DNA of 64,000 nt from Candidatus Bathyarchaeia archaeon (GTDB lineage: Archaea; Thermoproteota; Bathyarchaeia; Bathyarchaeales; Bathycorpusculaceae). The stretch is from the NCBI GenBank assembly GCA_050012755.1, contig JBEKGO010000022.1, positions 1 through 64,000 of the forward strand, read 5' to 3'. Numbering within the stretch: position 1 is the first letter of the stretch; every line of letters starts with the position of its first letter. The notes below the pieces were generated by a model. That model was given only the letters and a program-made list of their open reading frames with translations, made no database searches and was not told the DNA's origin. Positions 27,859-37,925 of this stretch are shown here, in pieces. The position numbers were made by a program, and so were the translations under genes.

Positions 27859-28052
27859 CAAATAGAAGCGACAAGAGTTATTGAAGAGTTCGAATCGGAA
27901 AAGACTCAAAAAAGTTTTTCAGACTTTCCACTTTAGTTTGCTATCGACCGATTTTTCACAGAGAAAATCGTCAACGGACAACTTCACAGAACCCTAACTT
28001 TCTGTGAGCTGAAGCAAAAAAGAAAAAATTTAAAAAAAGACGAATTGTGGGG

Positions 28053-29342
28053 CTAAACAAAACCCACGAACAGCACTAAGACAAACCACGTAACTGCTAC
28101 GCTAACAGCTGCAATCAAAATTCGTTTCATCATTGAAAACTCTGGTTGAAGTGTTCCAACAATTATTGTGCAGAGAGCGCCTAACCAAACGTAGGATACT
28201 AAGAACATCGCTTCAACGACAAAGTCGAAGCCTGAGGTTACTGCCACTATATTGTTGAGAACAGCTTGGGACTGCGCTGTATAAGTGACTGCTGCTTGGA
28301 CAGGCACATATATTGCCCCATAAGGATTAGACGTAACCCCAAGTGAGACGTCAAATGGATAATAAACTGTGGGCAAGGTAAATGCTACCGCAATGTTTAC
28401 TACTGATCGAATGACCATAACAAACAAAGCAAAAACTACTGCAACAAAAAGGGGTTTCCAAGTGATATTGGCTTTTAACCCTTTGAAGAAGAGGTAAATT
28501 AGCCCTGTTAACAACAGCCAACTAAAAATGAACTGTAGAGAGAAAGCCTCCAAGAAGGATAGTAGAGCATTGGGTCCATAGGTTTGAATGAAAGTTTGAT
28601 ATTCCCCATGGAAGAATAAAGCGCCAATACGAATGACGAAATTTGAGCCAGATGGATAATTGAAGTCTAACTTTAATGCTGTAATATTACCCCAAGAAGG
28701 TGCTCCGCCAACGGCCCAGCCTTGAGCAGATGGACCTACTGGAATTGTTAGGTTGTTCCACTGGTTAATGTCTGAAGAGTTTGACATAAGTGAAGTTAAG
28801 TCATAAGTGTAATAGTTAGAGTCAGCAACTGAGTAAAGAGTAATAGTTGCGCTTGTGGGCACGATTTGAGGTTGAACCTGTTTTAACGTCATTGATAAGT
28901 TCTCAAAGCCGCCAGCAGCGCAGCTAACATTGAAAGCATTGCTTAAAGCAGCGGAAACGGCGCTAGCGTTGTTGGCATCAATTTCCAAGCTGCTATTTCC
29001 AAATAAACTGTAGTTTCCTATAATCGCTGGAACGTAAACGCTGTAGTTGAAGTAGTCATCAAAATTGTTGCTAATCGTTACGCCAGCACTGGCTCTCCAT
29101 AATGTTGAGTTTGGTTCAGAGGACATCGCTGCTGTTGCGTTGATATAATCTGATAATTGACCGATCGCAGGTGATGTGTTTTCGGTGTATGTTTTTGAGA
29201 ACTGTGCATATGCATATCCCATTTGTAAGCCTATGAAAAGAAGCAGAATAATTATGGCACCCAGATACTTTGGATTTTCAATTATCTTCTTGAATGCTGT
29301 TGCTGGTGCATAAATTACTCTTGCAATGTCATCTAGAATCAA
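28053..29342 (-). CDS. Yip1-like membrane protein with a large extracellular insertion
   Basis: VIYAPATAFKKI Yip1-type start; extracellular beta-rich region with NxS/T sites; C-terminal TM helices. Confidence 0.65.
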   Translation of the reverse strand: MILDDIARVIYAPATAFKKIIENPKYLGAIIILLLFIGLQMGYAYAQFSKTYTENTSPAIGQLSDYINATAAMSSEPNSTLWRASAGVTISNNFDDYFNYSVYVPAIIGNYSLFGNSSLEIDANNASAVSAALSNAFNVSCAAGGFENLSMTLKQVQPQIVPTSATITLYSVADSNYYTYDLTSLMSNSSDINQWNNLTIPVGPSAQGWAVGGAPSWGNITALKLDFNYPSGSNFVIRIGALFFHGEYQTFIQTYGPNALLSFLEAFSLQFIFSWLLLTGLIYLFFKGLKANITWKPLFVAVVFALFVMVIRSVVNIAVAFTLPTVYYPFDVSLGVTSNPYGAIYVPVQAAVTYTAQSQAVLNNIVAVTSGFDFVVEAMFLVSYVWLGALCTIIVGTLQPEFSMMKRILIAAVSVAVTWFVLVLFVGFV

Positions 29343-29393
29343 TCTCTCGACTCCCGTGGCTATCTGAGATTCACTGGGATTTATAAGTATTTG

Positions 29394-30902
29394 TTACATG
29401 CCAAGTTTAAGCCGACGGTAGGTAGTGTAATCCACGTACTCTATGAAGGGGTTTTCAGTTTGGAATTTAACCGTAACTTTCTGGCGTTTTCGCTTGTCAA
29501 GAAGCTGATTTGTGGTCCTAAGCAAATATGCGTCGCTTCCTGCGCCTGAACCGTAACTTGCGACCAAGATTCTGTCTTCAGGCTTTGCTATATCTAACAC
29601 CGCGGCTAAACCCGTAAGTGAGCAACCTGAATAAGTGTTGCCAATTTTGTTAATTTGAAGCGAGGGTAAGTACTGTTCATCTTTAAAACCGAGCTCTTTT
29701 GCGATTTTAACTGGAAACGTTGGGTTTGGCTGGTGCGCTACAAAATAGTTTATGTCACTTGGTTTGAGATTTGAACGTTCCATGATTTTAGTAGTTGACT
29801 TGCGGACGTGCTTAAAGTAAGCTGGGTCACCTGTGAATCGTCCACCATGCATGGGAAAAGTCTCGCCGTCTCTGCGCCAAAAATCAGTGGTATCGGAAGT
29901 ACATGAGTACCAACTTTCAACTTCAGCAATAACATCCTGTTTGCCAAAAATATATGCAGCACCACCGAAACCGACAAAAGTATCTAATTCGCCGCCAAGG
30001 CAACCTCTGGGGGCGGCTTGAGAGTTATCTGCGCCGATAACCATTGCGTATTTTACTCCTGACTTTGGATAGTTAACAAGAGCTGAGGCGTCTTTGAACA
30101 TGCTTGAAGCAGCTTTACACGCAAACTGTGTGTCAACTGCATCAACACCTTGAATGTCGCCGTCTTCTTCTCCAAGCTTTAGAACCTGAGCAACCTTTGA
30201 TGAAATTGGCTTAACAGCGTACGGGTTAGATTCAGAGCCAACATAAACCTTACCAACCAAAGTACTGTCAACGCCTGAGTGAATCAACGCCAATTTTCCA
30301 GCTTCAACCGAAGCTGTTACCGCATCTTCATCGATAAATGGAACAGCACGTTCCAACCCGCTTTCTTTAATTCTGAACTTTGAAGTGTAAACGCCATAAC
30401 CTACCACTCCAGGCATCTCATATTCTTTGGTTGGCGTAAAAATTTTGTAATCTTGATGTGGATAATATTCATCGGCTAAAGTGAAAGCCAAAGAGATAGT
30501 TGGAATCATGTCGCTTTTGCCGACGGAATAGCGCCGTCTAAAACGGGGAACCACTTCTCTGCCTTCAAGGCTTGAAAAATCAACATCGGCGCCGTCACAT
30601 ATCAATTGGTCTGTTAATCTTGCTGGAACACGGATTTTGCCATCATGGAAAGAAACGATTCCATAAATAAAGCTTGAAAGTTTAATGAATTTGTTTGTAG
30701 GTTCGTTGATGTAGGTGCATAATTCAAGTTTGCCTTTATCATAAAATAGGTCGATGCTGTCCATTTTTCCGAAGCTTTTTCTGCCGCAGTTAGTGCAGTA
30801 ATCTCTTACTTCAAAGTATTCTTTCCCGCAGCTTTGGCATCTGCTTGCTTTTAATCTGTCGCCTAAAAAAGAAACTCGTCGCTCTATGGGTTCACTACTC
30901 AA
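29394..30902 (-). CDS. DUF35 (Zn-ribbon/OB-fold)-hydroxymethylglutaryl-CoA synthase fusion
   Basis: N-terminal CQSC...CTNC plus OB fold; then GVVGYG, DEDAVT, VGSES, FACKAA (catalytic Cys), HQPN, IGNTYSG, SYGSGAGSD. Confidence 0.9.
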   Translation of the reverse strand: MSSEPIERRVSFLGDRLKASRCQSCGKEYFEVRDYCTNCGRKSFGKMDSIDLFYDKGKLELCTYINEPTNKFIKLSSFIYGIVSFHDGKIRVPARLTDQLICDGADVDFSSLEGREVVPRFRRRYSVGKSDMIPTISLAFTLADEYYPHQDYKIFTPTKEYEMPGVVGYGVYTSKFRIKESGLERAVPFIDEDAVTASVEAGKLALIHSGVDSTLVGKVYVGSESNPYAVKPISSKVAQVLKLGEEDGDIQGVDAVDTQFACKAASSMFKDASALVNYPKSGVKYAMVIGADNSQAAPRGCLGGELDTFVGFGGAAYIFGKQDVIAEVESWYSCTSDTTDFWRRDGETFPMHGGRFTGDPAYFKHVRKSTTKIMERSNLKPSDINYFVAHQPNPTFPVKIAKELGFKDEQYLPSLQINKIGNTYSGCSLTGLAAVLDIAKPEDRILVASYGSGAGSDAYLLRTTNQLLDKRKRQKVTVKFQTENPFIEYVDYTTYRRLKLGM

Positions 30903-32127
30903 GTTTCTTGTCTCCTAGAACAGTAACGTAAGCTTTGGTTCCAAAGCCCTCGTACTCTAGAACACAACCATTCTTCTGCGAACTATTAATCTTAACTTGA
31001 CGCTCGCCAGCTTCTCCTCTTAGCTGACGGTAAATTTCGAAAATCTGTGCTCCACCTGTGGCGCCCAACGGGTTTCCATCAGCTTTTAACCCACCATTAG
31101 TGTTAACGAAAAGTTGCCTGCCATCTATTTCGTAGCAGTTTTGATCATTTTGGCAGCCTTCATTTATACTCTTCCAAGCCGTGCCTGGTGCGCAGAATCC
31201 TAAATCTTCAAGAGAAACAAGCTCCATCATAGTGGACTGATCATATACCTCGATGACCTGCATATCAGATAAGGCTGTTTTAGCCTTTCGAGAGGCATTC
31301 TTCATAGCCAATTCCGCAGCAACAAAGTGGGATAGGTCCTCTCTTGCAGGATAATTCAGGTAATCAGTTGCTGAAGTGCAGTCTAAAACGTAAATTGGGT
31401 GATCATTTAACTTTTTGGCAACTGCCTCGCTTGTAAGAATTAAGGCTGAAGCGCCGTCGGAAATTGGGGCAAAATCATAGAGTCCTAGGGGTTTATGCGC
31501 TTTTTTTCTTGCAGTTAACACCTGATCAATAGTAATTTTTCTATGATATTGGGCATACTTGTTTTTGGTTGCGTTTGCATGATTTTTGACCGAAATCTGA
31601 GCCAATGCGAGATTGAGTTTGTCGAGTTTTTCTCCAGTGATATGGTGTTTTTTTATGTAGGCTCTAAGCATAAGTTCGTGGTTTGATTCTGGAGTTCCGC
31701 CTGCAAAATAGCTCCATGGATCATCCAGAAGCATTAGGTCGTCTCGTATTTTGTCCCAGCGATCAGTCATTTTTTCTATGCCACCCACAAGGACAGTGTT
31801 GTAAACTCCAGCCTGTATTGCGTGGCAAGCGGTTAACAATGCAGCGCTAAAAGAGCGAGTTACCTCCATAGGTACATGAAGTTGGGTAAGTTCTGAGAGG
31901 AACCCTTCTTCTAAACCCAATTTATTGGTGATGGGTAGAAAACAATCTGACATGTAACAAGCTTCTAGGTTTTTGCGTTCCATGTTACATTCATTAGAAG
32001 CGCCAAGCCATGCTTCCTCAATCAGCTTTTCCGGTTCTTTGCCGTAATGTTCTCCAAACTTGGTTCTGCCAACGGCAACTATCGCTGGACGACTTTGCAA
32101 GTTGTTTTCTTCCTTTTTGGATAGCAT
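30895..32127 (-). CDS. Thiolase-family (acetyl-CoA acetyltransferase-like) protein lacking catalytic residues
   Basis: VGRTKFG, GGIEKM, KNHANA, PISDGA, NTNGGLKADGNPLGATGGAQ; catalytic Cys, HDCF and GHP motifs absent. Confidence 0.85.
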   Translation of the reverse strand: MLSKKEENNLQSRPAIVAVGRTKFGEHYGKEPEKLIEEAWLGASNECNMERKNLEACYMSDCFLPITNKLGLEEGFLSELTQLHVPMEVTRSFSAALLTACHAIQAGVYNTVLVGGIEKMTDRWDKIRDDLMLLDDPWSYFAGGTPESNHELMLRAYIKKHHITGEKLDKLNLALAQISVKNHANATKNKYAQYHRKITIDQVLTARKKAHKPLGLYDFAPISDGASALILTSEAVAKKLNDHPIYVLDCTSATDYLNYPAREDLSHFVAAELAMKNASRKAKTALSDMQVIEVYDQSTMMELVSLEDLGFCAPGTAWKSINEGCQNDQNCYEIDGRQLFVNTNGGLKADGNPLGATGGAQIFEIYRQLRGEAGERQVKINSSQKNGCVLEYEGFGTKAYVTVLGDKKLE

Positions 32128-32578
32128 CTAACCTTTTCTGAAAAGACTATTAAGGGTTTGCCATATTTCGCATGAATAATCGAAGAGTCAACATATAGAT
32201 ATTAAGTTACTTTATTGGCGGAGGGGGATCGTATGGGGACTACAAATGAAGTAATTGGTCTTCAGGAGAGAATAAACTCAGTTTTTTTGCTAATGTGAAT
32301 TTTTAAATAACGTCGCTGTCATAGCAATGGACACGAGGTAATAGTCGTGTTATTTGTGAAAAAGGTGTCCATTAACGTCTTCTTTGTTTTTCTTCTGCAT
32401 TTCTGAATTATTTGCAAATTATAGAGAGACATTGGTTTGTCTATTCTATTTGGGTCGCGAGTTTGTGCTCAGTATTCTAAATTCATAACTGATTTATTAT
32501 CATTTATCGAGTATTTGAGTTGGGGTATGGCTAATAGAACCTGCCAACCAGAGTACAATAGCTGTAGAAGTAACCGAT

Positions 32579-35500
32579 TTGGTTGCGTCAAACAAAAAGA
32601 ACGTTATTCGAGTTTTACATGTTGACGATGACCCATCTATTCTTGAAATTTCAAAGTTAATCCTATTGGATATGGGCAACTTCGAAATTGACCAAGCCGG
32701 CTGTGTTGATGAAGCCTTAAAGAAACTATCAAGTGAGCACTATGATATTGTTGTTTCTGATTATGAGATGCCCCAAAAAGACGGACTCCAATTTCTAAAA
32801 GAGTTACGTGAAAGCAAGAATGAAATTCCTTTTATTTTGTTCATTGGAAAAGGCAGAGAAGACGTAGCCATACAAGCCCTAAACCTTGGCGCCGACGGAT
32901 ACCACCACAAACAAGGCTCACCAGAAACGGTCTACGGCGAATTGTCTCACCTTATGCATTTATTGGTAGAAAAAACCCGTAGCAAAACCCAGACAGCTAG
33001 GGATTCGGTTGCTCTTCAAACCGTTGAAGACGCCATTTTGACATCTGACCAAACACAAACTATTGTTTCATGGAACAAAGCAGCCGAAGAAGTCTTTGGA
33101 TGGTTAGAAAAGGAAGCTATTGGAAGAAATATAACGGACATATTCGTTCCCATGCAACTTGATGTTACTTTACAAAACGTAATTCAAACACTTCAAGAGA
33201 AAGGACGGTTCAGTGGCGAAGTACAGTATAAGAATAAAAAAGAGCAGCTAAGACACGGGGAACTGACCATCATTAACCAGACAAGTAAAAACGGCGAATT
33301 CTTGGGAAGCACAATTGTATGCCACGATACAACTGAACGCAAGAAAGCCGAGCGCGCCTTAGAGGATTCCGAAGAGAAGTACAGGAAGCTATTTGAAGAG
33401 TCTATGGACGCAATATTTGTAGCGGACACCGCGACTGGCATAATAGTTGACTGCAACCCTGCAGCGTCAAAGCTAGTTGGCAGACAGAAATCAGAATTGG
33501 TGGGTCAACATCAATCAATAATTACTCCTCAAGAGCAAATGGACGGAAGATTTGCAAGAGTTTTTAAGGAACACCTCAAAGACCAGACCAGCACTCTTGA
33601 AACGAAAATTATCCGGAAAACGGGCGAAATTAGATATGTCGCGGTCAAGGATAGTGTTTTTGTTCTGAACGGAAAGAAGCTGATGCAAGGAACACTCCGA
33701 GACATCACCGAACGCAAAAAAGAAGAAGAATTATTAAAGGAATCTGAGGAGAAGTACAAGAATCTTTTCGAAAACGCACCAGACGTTATTGTTACCGTCG
33801 ATTTGACTGGGAAAATAACTTCGGAAAATAAGGCTATCACGCACTACGGCTTTAAGGAAAATGAAGTCGTTGGGGAAAGCATATTCAAGCTTGTTCCAAT
33901 AGAATACAATCAAAAAATGCTTAAAGATCTCAAGAATCTCGCTGCCGGACATCCAGCTCAAGGTGAAACCGAAATACTCACTCCTAAGGGAAAGAGAAAT
34001 GCAGAGTACAGTAGCAACCCCATATGGCTAAATGGGAAAGTCGTTGGTTATCAAACGGTGTTAAGGGACGTTACTGAACGCAAGATAGCTGAAGATGCAT
34101 TAAGGAAAAGTGAGGAAGAATATAGTTCTCTTTTCAATAATATGATGGATGGCTTTGCATATTGCAAAATGGTATTCGACGAGACTGAAAAGCCTGTTGA
34201 CTTTATTTATTTACAGATTAATGATGCATTTGAAAAAATAACAGGTTTAAAAAAACAGTCAGTTATTGGAAAGAAAGTGACCGAGGCAATTCCCGGAATT
34301 AGAGAAGCCAATCCTGAACTTTTTGAAATTTACGGAAAGGTCGCTAACACGGGTCAAAAAGAGAAGTTCGAAATTTTCTTTAAACCTCTTAGTCTTTGGT
34401 TATCCGTTTCAGCTTATTGTCCAAAAAAAGACTATTTTGCAGCCATGTTTGAAGATATCACTGAGCGCAAAAAAACTGAGGATTCCTTGAAAGAGAGGGA
34501 AGAGAATTTTAGGAACCTCGCCGAAGAATCGCCTAACATGATCTTCATAAACCAAAAGGGTAAAGTGGTTTATTCCAACAAGAAATGCGAAGATACTATT
34601 GGCTATACTGAAGAAGAGTTCTATTCTCCTACCTTCAACTTTCTTTCAATCATTGCACCCGAAAGCGTTGAGAAGTTGAAATCGTCTTTTGCTATGCACC
34701 TGAGAGGGGAAGAGGTACCAGCGTACGAGTACTCGCTCATCAGTAAAGATGGTCAAAGGATCGAGGCAATAATCAATACAAAATTGACAGAATACAACGG
34801 AGAGAAGGCTATACTGGGAATAGTGACTGATATTACTGAACGCGAAAAAGCAAAGAGGGAATTACAAGAGAGTGAAGAACGTTTCCGCTCGCTCTTTGAG
34901 CAAGCTCCCCTTCCTGTTGCAATCACAGCTTTAAATGGAACAATATTTGACGCGAACGTTTCTTTGCAAACATTATTGGGCTGTTCTTTAGAAGAGCTGA
35001 AAAAGACATCTGCAATTCATTTGTATGAAAACCCCCAAGATCGAGAAACGTTGTTTGAAATCCTCGAACAAAATGGTGTTGTGTCTGATTTCTCCACACG
35101 GTTAAAACGCAAAGATGGCACCTGTGTTGACGTCGTTATGAATGTGTCAAAATTTCAAATTGGACAAGAGAGCTTTCTCCGAACAGCCTTTCAAGATGTG
35201 ACTGAACGTAAGAAAGCGGAAGAAACGTTAGACGAGGTTATGAATCAGCTGGTGTTGGTTAACGAAAAATTGGGCGTTGTAGGCAGCTTAACAAGACACG
35301 ACGTTCGAAACAAGCTTTCAGCGATTACCGGTTATGCATATTTACTAAAGAAAAGACACCCAGACCAGACTGATATTGTTGATGGTTTGAGCAAGATGGA
35401 ACAAGCTGTTAAAGATTCGATGCAGATTTTTGATTTTGCTAAAATGTATGAACAGTTGGGCGTTGAAGAGCTATCTCTTGTTTCCTTGGAGAACGCAATC

Positions 35501-35926
35501 AACGAGGCAGTTGCTCTTTTTTCTGGCTTAAACATTAAGGTGGTTAATGATTGTCATGGATTAACTGTGTTGGCGGACTCGTTTGTTAGGCAACTTTTAT
35601 ACAACTTTGTGGATAACACAAGAAAATACGGCAAAAAAACCACAACCATCCGTATATACTATCAATCGACTAATTCAAACGAGTTGCGATTGATTTACGA
35701 GGATGACGGAGTAGGAATATCTGCAGAGAACAAATCTAAGCTCTTTTCTGAAGGGTTTAGCACAGGGGGCAGCACAGGTTTCGGATTATTCTTGACCAAG
35801 AAGATGATAGATGTTTATGGCTGGGAAATTGAAGAAAATGGTGAACCCGGCACAGGAGCAAAATTCACCATAACCATTCCAAAATTAAACAAGAACGGAA
35901 AAGAAAACTATCAAATCATCTCATAG
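32579..35926 (+). CDS. Hybrid sensor histidine kinase: receiver, six PAS domains, HisKA, HATPase
   Basis: VLHVDDD...VSDYEMP receiver; six PAS ends DxTER(K/E); TRHDVRNKL H-box; YEDDGVG and GTGFGL-like G-boxes. Confidence 0.92.
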   Translation: MVASNKKNVIRVLHVDDDPSILEISKLILLDMGNFEIDQAGCVDEALKKLSSEHYDIVVSDYEMPQKDGLQFLKELRESKNEIPFILFIGKGREDVAIQALNLGADGYHHKQGSPETVYGELSHLMHLLVEKTRSKTQTARDSVALQTVEDAILTSDQTQTIVSWNKAAEEVFGWLEKEAIGRNITDIFVPMQLDVTLQNVIQTLQEKGRFSGEVQYKNKKEQLRHGELTIINQTSKNGEFLGSTIVCHDTTERKKAERALEDSEEKYRKLFEESMDAIFVADTATGIIVDCNPAASKLVGRQKSELVGQHQSIITPQEQMDGRFARVFKEHLKDQTSTLETKIIRKTGEIRYVAVKDSVFVLNGKKLMQGTLRDITERKKEEELLKESEEKYKNLFENAPDVIVTVDLTGKITSENKAITHYGFKENEVVGESIFKLVPIEYNQKMLKDLKNLAAGHPAQGETEILTPKGKRNAEYSSNPIWLNGKVVGYQTVLRDVTERKIAEDALRKSEEEYSSLFNNMMDGFAYCKMVFDETEKPVDFIYLQINDAFEKITGLKKQSVIGKKVTEAIPGIREANPELFEIYGKVANTGQKEKFEIFFKPLSLWLSVSAYCPKKDYFAAMFEDITERKKTEDSLKEREENFRNLAEESPNMIFINQKGKVVYSNKKCEDTIGYTEEEFYSPTFNFLSIIAPESVEKLKSSFAMHLRGEEVPAYEYSLISKDGQRIEAIINTKLTEYNGEKAILGIVTDITEREKAKRELQESEERFRSLFEQAPLPVAITALNGTIFDANVSLQTLLGCSLEELKKTSAIHLYENPQDRETLFEILEQNGVVSDFSTRLKRKDGTCVDVVMNVSKFQIGQESFLRTAFQDVTERKKAEETLDEVMNQLVLVNEKLGVVGSLTRHDVRNKLSAITGYAYLLKKRHPDQTDIVDGLSKMEQAVKDSMQIFDFAKMYEQLGVEELSLVSLENAINEAVALFSGLNIKVVNDCHGLTVLADSFVRQLLYNFVDNTRKYGKKTTTIRIYYQSTNSNELRLIYEDDGVGISAENKSKLFSEGFSTGGSTGFGLFLTKKMIDVYGWEIEENGEPGTGAKFTITIPKLNKNGKENYQIIS

Positions 35927-36154
35927 GCAAATAGTAGCATTAATTTGCCGAAGACCAAATGTGGCTCTTGACCTTATTTATTTGGTGAACTATATGGAAA
36001 AATCAAAGTCTCCCTTTAGAGAAGGGAACTATACCCGAATAGTCCGTGTCTACGGCTTATTGCACTTAAAAGAATGTGGAAATATTTCGCCTCAATGCAG
36101 AGAAGGCGGAAACAGCTATTGCGGTTTGTATAAAAAGAGAAGCAGGCAAAAACG

Positions 36155-37561
36155 TTAATCTTGTATTTTAGTGGCACCGTTAATTTCGTTTGTTGTTAAT
36201 TGGCGCTTCAAAGTTTTTATTAGGTTCTGTAGTTTTTTGCTTATTTCAACTGGATAAATTGGGGCATCTGTCAATGCTTTATATCCGTCTGGAAGTTTAG
36301 CCAAGTTCTTTTCAGTGTTGGCTCGAATTTCATGAAGCGACGGAAGTTTATAGATTATTTTGCCCTTTTCCATGACTTGGATCAGCAAAGGTTCACCTTG
36401 CACCTTTTCTTCGGCCAAAGCGATGATGTCTTTTTCGTACTCGCCGATTTTATTCTTTAAGCGGTAAACTTGTTTTCTACCCGGCAGTGTGATTTTATCT
36501 TTGCTCAACTTCATAATTGGCAAAGACCCCCCGTCTTCACCAATGGTTTCGCAGAGTTTGTAAATTACATCTAAATATGGCTTATCTGCGGAAGTACCCA
36601 TTTTTGTTCCTACGCCGAAAGAGTCAATTTTTGCGCCGTTGGCAAGAAGTTCACGTATTTTGAATTCGTCCAAGTCGCCGCTAGCAAAAATCTTCACATA
36701 AGCCAAGCCTTGGTCATCAAGGATTTTTCGAACTTTTTTGCTGTCTTCCGCTAAATCGCCGCTGTCTAAGCGAACGCCTCCAAGTCTAAAGCCGCTAGCT
36801 TCAAGCTCTTTCGCTACAACGGCGGCTTTTTCAGCGCCTGAAATGTCATTGTAAGTATCTATAAGAAGGGTAGATTTGTTTGGGAATGTTTTGGAGAAAG
36901 CTCGGAACGCATCAATCTCTTTTGGGTAAGACATAATAAATGAGTGCGCCATGGTTCCGAAAACTGGAATGTCATAGGTTTGCCCTGCAAGTACATTGCT
37001 TGTGCCTTGACATCCCGCTATGTAACTGCTTCTTGCAACTTTCATTCCAGCATCGATGCCGTGTTCTCTACGTAAGCCAAATTCAATTACTGATTTACCC
37101 TTAGCTGCATGTACTACCCGTGAGGCTTTGGTCGCAATCACAGTTTGCAGATTAACTGTATTGAGCAGGAAAGTCTCAACCAGTTGCGCCTCAATTATCG
37201 GCGCAGTGACGCGGATTAACGGTTCATTTGGAAAAATAACCGTGCCTTCTGGAACAGCCCAGACCTCGCCTGTAAACCTGAAACCACGTAAATATTCAAG
37301 AAAATCCCATTTAAACCCCTGTTTTTTGAGGTAAGCCAGCTGTTCCTCAGTGAATTTTATGGTTTCTAGATACTGGAGGGCTTCTTCTAGGCCTGCAAAT
37401 AGGAAGTATGAGCGGTTTTCAGGCAGTCGTCTAATAAACAAGTCAAAAGTTGCTATCTCGAAGTCATTGTTATCAAAATAACTTGCACACATCGTTAACT
37501 CATAAAAATCCGTGAATAAACTCATGTTTCCCTCTTTTAAGTAACCGAGAAAACTTTTCAT
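36155..37561 (-). CDS. pncB: Nicotinate phosphoribosyltransferase
   Basis: LFTDFYELTM, EFGLRR, GTMAHSF, LIDTY, VRLDSGD, FGVGT. Confidence 0.95.
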   Translation of the reverse strand: MKSFLGYLKEGNMSLFTDFYELTMCASYFDNNDFEIATFDLFIRRLPENRSYFLFAGLEEALQYLETIKFTEEQLAYLKKQGFKWDFLEYLRGFRFTGEVWAVPEGTVIFPNEPLIRVTAPIIEAQLVETFLLNTVNLQTVIATKASRVVHAAKGKSVIEFGLRREHGIDAGMKVARSSYIAGCQGTSNVLAGQTYDIPVFGTMAHSFIMSYPKEIDAFRAFSKTFPNKSTLLIDTYNDISGAEKAAVVAKELEASGFRLGGVRLDSGDLAEDSKKVRKILDDQGLAYVKIFASGDLDEFKIRELLANGAKIDSFGVGTKMGTSADKPYLDVIYKLCETIGEDGGSLPIMKLSKDKITLPGRKQVYRLKNKIGEYEKDIIALAEEKVQGEPLLIQVMEKGKIIYKLPSLHEIRANTEKNLAKLPDGYKALTDAPIYPVEISKKLQNLIKTLKRQLTTNEINGATKIQD

Positions 37562-37604
37562 ACGTTAATACTAAAAGTGAAGGGGATTTAATGCTTTCTC
37601 ACTG

Positions 37605-37886
37605 CTATGAAATCATGGCTGACGACCAAGTATCGTTTAATCCCATTGAATAGGGAAATTCGTTTTGTCCAGCCCAATTACATTCAGTTGAGCGTATAAA
37701 GAGCTGATTTGTTTCAAAAGTAATTGAAATAGCAAAGTGGGTTGAGCTATCGTTTACTTTAAAATAAACATTAGTAAAAGTTTCTCGTTGGGCATGTAGG
37801 CTAATTGATAGTTGGGCTTCAGTGCCGTTCATTAGCTCGGAGGGCGTCGTGAAATTTTGTGAGAAGGTTGCGTTTGCGAATAGTTT
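37605..37886 (-). pseudogene. Possible C-terminal fragment of a secreted beta-rich protein
   Basis: Open frame ...FANATFSQNFTTPSELMNGTEAQ...WSSAMIS*, rich in NxS/T sites, with no plausible N-terminus. Confidence 0.3.
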
Positions 37887-37925
37887 TTGTTTGCCGTCAA
37901 ATTATTAGTTAGTAAGGGAAGTCAG

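Larger units (their letters stand above)
26718..27993. mobile_element. Degenerate, internally deleted sister transposon (element 2)
   Basis: Left end GGCACAGTTACCTCTACGGT (14/20 to the element 1 TIR) plus shared subterminal AAACTTTCGGTT; right end ACGGACAACTTCACAGAACC (16/20); flanked by CTAACTTC and CTAACTTT; contains a transposase 3' remnant. Confidence 0.82.

Noticed and set aside
32579-35926. Internal DNA repeats in the kinase gene as a diversity-generating or repeat system
   Set aside because: Explained by ordinary tandem PAS domains (DxTERK linkers); no reverse transcriptase or template repeat present.
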